Source: an uncultured Armatimonadetes bacterium
Lineage (GTDB): Bacteria; Armatimonadota; Armatimonadia; Armatimonadales; Armatimonadaceae
Length of the DNA stretch: 45,765 nt
Direction of reading: 5' to 3'
Assembly: GCA_903924445.1 (NCBI GenBank)
Contig: CAIYBQ010000128.1
Span: 1 to 45,765 of the forward strand
Below the pieces are notes generated by a model. The model did not search any database, had not been told where the DNA came from, and was given only the letters and a program-made list of their open reading frames with translations. The position numbers were made by a program, and so were the translations under genes. This document shows positions 43,022 through 45,765 of the stretch, in pieces (positions within the stretch are counted from its first letter, which is position 1; the number at the start of each line of letters is the position of its first letter).

Positions 43022-45750
43022 CTCCAGCTATCCATGGTCTGAAGCCAGCTCGCTTCCGATACGACCTTCACTGTCTTGAAGTGCTTTTTAAGATCTGCAA
43101 GACATACTCGGGCATCACCGACCACCACCACTGACGTTTTTCCACTCCCAAAGATAGCTTGCATCACACCTTGCACATCGGATGAGTCAGCCTTTCGGAT
43201 GGTCTCAAGAGTGGCAGCAATACCTGTTTGGTCGACAGGAAGACCGAACATCGTTTGTGTAATCAATGCCTCAGCGTAACCATCCGCTGTTGCCAGCGCA
43301 CGGGAGAGTGGTCCCGTCAGGGCTGACCGACGGATTGAAAGCTCATCGGGAGAGACAGGCTGCTGCTTCATCCGCTCCAGCTGTGCCACGAGGATCTCCG
43401 CAACCGTTGATGCTGCATCGAGACGCGTCTGCGCCGACAATGTGATGACTCCGGTTCCCTTACGCTCACTTAGGGCGGAAAATGCGCCATAAGCCAGCCC
43501 GCGCTGAATACGAATCTCTTTATTCAAGCGTGCACTGTAGCCGCTGCCAAGGATGCTGTTCGCCAGCATCAGGATCGGCCAGCGTTTGTCACTGCGAGGT
43601 ACACCAGGAGCCGATGCGATTACCGCCGCCTGTCCGGCATCCCGTTTATCAATGAGGATGACTGCCGGCTTCTCGGTACGCGTTTGTGGAAGGGTTTTCG
43701 GAACACTGACATCCGCCATGTCAAGCCAACGCGCCGCGCTGATATCACCCTTGATGGATGACGGTACATCTCCAGTGAGTACAAGTGTCGTGTTTCGTCC
43801 TGTGAAGTACGTGGCGTGAAAAGCCTTGAGGTCGCGTTGCCGGATGCGTATCAGGGACTTTAGGGTTCCACCAACGGGGCGACCGTAGCCAAGTTTTCCA
43901 TATATGGAACGGTTAATCGCGAGGCGGCCAAGTGTCCCAGGCCGGCCTAGGTCTACCTTGAGGTTGTCCAGAAGCTCGGTACGCTTTTTATCGAGCTCAA
44001 CATCCGGGAATGTGGACCGCTGTGTAAGGTCTGCAAGGAGCTCCAGCGCGAGGCCGGCCCGCGTGCTAGGAACGCTGATTTCAATCCGGATTGCTTCGTG
44101 TGTGATGCTGGTGGAGAGCGTACCACCGAGGGACTCTGCCTCGGCTGCAATCGATGGGGCATCTCGGCTGACGGTGCCACGTACCAAGAGCTCGGAAACA
44201 AGGGATGCGGTTCCCGAGAGGCCATCCTTGTCCGCGAGAGAGCCAGTCCCGATCACGACATTGATGTTGGTGATGCCGGTTGGGCGCTGCCGCCCGATGA
44301 TCAGCTTGAGGCCATTAGGGAGGGTCTCTTTGGTCGCCGATGGAATAGAAAGCTTGGAAGGCTTACCGGGTACGGGGACCTGTGCGATACCGCGTTTGCT
44401 GCGTGGCTTGGCTTGACCACGATTGGCTACCGGCTCACGGATCGGAGCGGGTTTCGTCTCTGCTCCGGATGTTCCCACGCCAATCAGCGCTGTGTCAATC
44501 GTGAGATACGTATTGCAGAATGACAGCAAATCATCCTGCGTGACGTTCTGAATGGCTAGACGATCTGTGTTGACACGCTTTATGTCGCCTAGTACGACCG
44601 CTGCTTGACCGATTGCGGCCGCGATGCCATCGGTTGTCTCGCGGCTCCGCAGCATGTCGGTCAGAATACGGTCCTTTATGCGTTGAAGCTCGGCGGGTTT
44701 GACGGGTGTTGTCTTCAGCGCGGAGATGACATCGATGATGCCTGCTTCAAGCTTTGCAGGCGTGATGTTTTCAGCGGCAAGCCCCCGTATGACAAGTGTC
44801 GAGCCGTGTTCACGGGTATCGAGGTAGCTGGCGATGTCACTTGCAAGGCCTAAGCGATAGATCAGCTCCTGATAGAGGCGGCTGGATTCACCTCCGGAGA
44901 GGATGCCATCGAGGACCATCGCCGCTGCCATGTCAAGGTCCCGCACTGCTGGGAGCTGAAACGATAGTGCGACGACGGGCAGTGGGAGGTTTGCATACGT
45001 CTTGTTGAGACGAAGCTGTGTGCGCCGGGGTGGCTCGTTTGCGGGAACTCTCGGGATGTTATTGCTGGGAGCTCCAAGACGCCCAAAGGTCGCTGCGACA
45101 ATACGGTCGAGCACCGCAGTGTTGAAGTCACCCACAACGATGAGTGTTGCGTTGTCAGGGCGGTAGTAGGTTTTGTGAAACCGGATGACATCCGAGAGAG
45201 AGCCGGCATTGAGGTTGCCGATATCCCCGATGACGCCAAACTTATACGGATGCACCGTCCAAGCGGCTCTGTCAAAGACATCATCAAAGCGCCCGTACGG
45301 CTGCGCCAGCACGCCTTGTCGATATTCTTCTTTGACGACATCACGCTCCGAGCGGAAATTTGCTTCATCGACATCGAGGTTTACCATCCGCTCCGCTTCC
45401 GCCCAGAGGATGCGTTCCAGGTGATTGGATGGCACAACTTCGTGATAGACGGTCAGGTCATTGGTGGTGTACGCATTGTTTTCACCGCCGACATCTTCGG
45501 TGAAGCGGTCCATGGCTTCATCCGGGAGGTTACGTGTTTTCTTGAACAGGAGATGTTCAAAGAGGTGTGCAAATCCGGCGCGTCCAGCAGGGTCATCTTT
45601 GCCGCCGACGTTGTACCAGACCTGGATGGATACATTCGGGCTACTGTGCTCTTCGAGGCTGATCACACGCATCCCGTTTGCAAGGGTCTTTTGGCGTGGC
45701 GTGATGTCTGGAGGTGTCGGAAGTGCTGGGAGCGTGTTCGTGTCTTGCAT
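43018..45750 (-). CDS. Fused two-module M16 (pitrilysin/insulinase) zinc peptidase, PqqL-like, 910 aa
   Basis: FAHLFEHLLFKKT (inverted HxxEH zinc motif) and GGENNAYTTNDLTVYH occur in the first half. The second half is M16-like without HxxEH. Confidence 0.85.
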   Translation of the reverse strand: MQDTNTLPALPTPPDITPRQKTLANGMRVISLEEHSSPNVSIQVWYNVGGKDDPAGRAGFAHLFEHLLFKKTRNLPDEAMDRFTEDVGGENNAYTTNDLTVYHEVVPSNHLERILWAEAERMVNLDVDEANFRSERDVVKEEYRQGVLAQPYGRFDDVFDRAAWTVHPYKFGVIGDIGNLNAGSLSDVIRFHKTYYRPDNATLIVVGDFNTAVLDRIVAATFGRLGAPSNNIPRVPANEPPRRTQLRLNKTYANLPLPVVALSFQLPAVRDLDMAAAMVLDGILSGGESSRLYQELIYRLGLASDIASYLDTREHGSTLVIRGLAAENITPAKLEAGIIDVISALKTTPVKPAELQRIKDRILTDMLRSRETTDGIAAAIGQAAVVLGDIKRVNTDRLAIQNVTQDDLLSFCNTYLTIDTALIGVGTSGAETKPAPIREPVANRGQAKPRSKRGIAQVPVPGKPSKLSIPSATKETLPNGLKLIIGRQRPTGITNINVVIGTGSLADKDGLSGTASLVSELLVRGTVSRDAPSIAAEAESLGGTLSTSITHEAIRIEISVPSTRAGLALELLADLTQRSTFPDVELDKKRTELLDNLKVDLGRPGTLGRLAINRSIYGKLGYGRPVGGTLKSLIRIRQRDLKAFHATYFTGRNTTLVLTGDVPSSIKGDISAARWLDMADVSVPKTLPQTRTEKPAVILIDKRDAGQAAVIASAPGVPRSDKRWPILMLANSILGSGYSARLNKEIRIQRGLAYGAFSALSERKGTGVITLSAQTRLDAASTVAEILVAQLERMKQQPVSPDELSIRRSALTGPLSRALATADGYAEALITQTMFGLPVDQTGIAATLETIRKADSSDVQGVMQAIFGSGKTSVVVVGDARVCLADLKKHFKTVKVVSEASWLQTMDSWS

Positions 45751-45765
45751 ATTTGATTCTACCTG

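Noticed and set aside
1-45765. An apparent excess of GGATG/CATCC pentamers (FokI-type site). I counted roughly 4-7 per 600 nt in sampled flanking genes and 0-4 per 600 nt in sampled stretches of the operon.
   Set aside because: The samples are tiny and the counts vary. The motif mostly arises from codon context (G-ending codon followed by GAT-G, or CGG-ATG). So it is probably a codon-usage by-product rather than a restriction-modification or uptake signal. It is kept only as support for checking codon usage.
1-45765. A search for CRISPR arrays, tRNA/rRNA genes, IS elements, integrases and prophage or defence-island hallmarks
   Set aside because: Every intergenic gap is under 320 nt, and none shows repeat-spacer structure or a cloverleaf-compatible sequence. 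No ORF has transposase, integrase, nuclease-helicase or defence-system motifs that I can recognise.

Overview
This 45.8-kb window comes from a compact bacterial chromosome with short intergenic regions and several overlapping gene ends. I found no rRNA, tRNA, CRISPR array, transposase or integrase. The two flanks carry ordinary, mutually unrelated genes. On the left: the gltB 5' end, a Zn/Cd-type P1B ATPase, uppS, a GH2 beta-mannosidase, a stand-alone leuB, dnaE, rfbB, a TolC-like protein and an alpha/beta-fold protein. On the right: an SRAP/YedK-like protein, a Zn-ribbon NUDIX hydrolase, a 455-aa unknown, a secreted PKD protein, a UbiA-family DPPR-synthase-like transferase and a fused M16 peptidase. 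The central half of the window (15415-38212, 22.8 kb) is a single co-directional, translationally coupled six-gene operon. It is bounded by a near-consensus promoter and a strong intrinsic terminator. I read it as a greatly enlarged type IV filament tip module. It starts with a GspG/pilin-like prepilin (307 aa). Three giant proteins follow (630, 735 and 1004 aa) whose N-termini look like GspI/PilV, GspJ/PilW and GspK/PilX. Two Sec-exported giants close the operon, about 1654 aa and 3233 aa, both carrying PQQ-like beta-propeller blade motifs; the second also has EF-hand-like Ca loops. This is the gene order of fimU-pilVWXY1, but each component is several times larger than usual. The operon products are almost free of cysteine. 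No assembly ATPase, platform protein, secretin or prepilin peptidase lies in the window. All family calls rest on motifs read by eye from the translations, and no database search was possible. The lineage is unknown. The scattered biosynthetic genes and DUF1559-style prepilin N-terminus would fit Armatimonadota or PVC-like bacteria, but that is only a guess.
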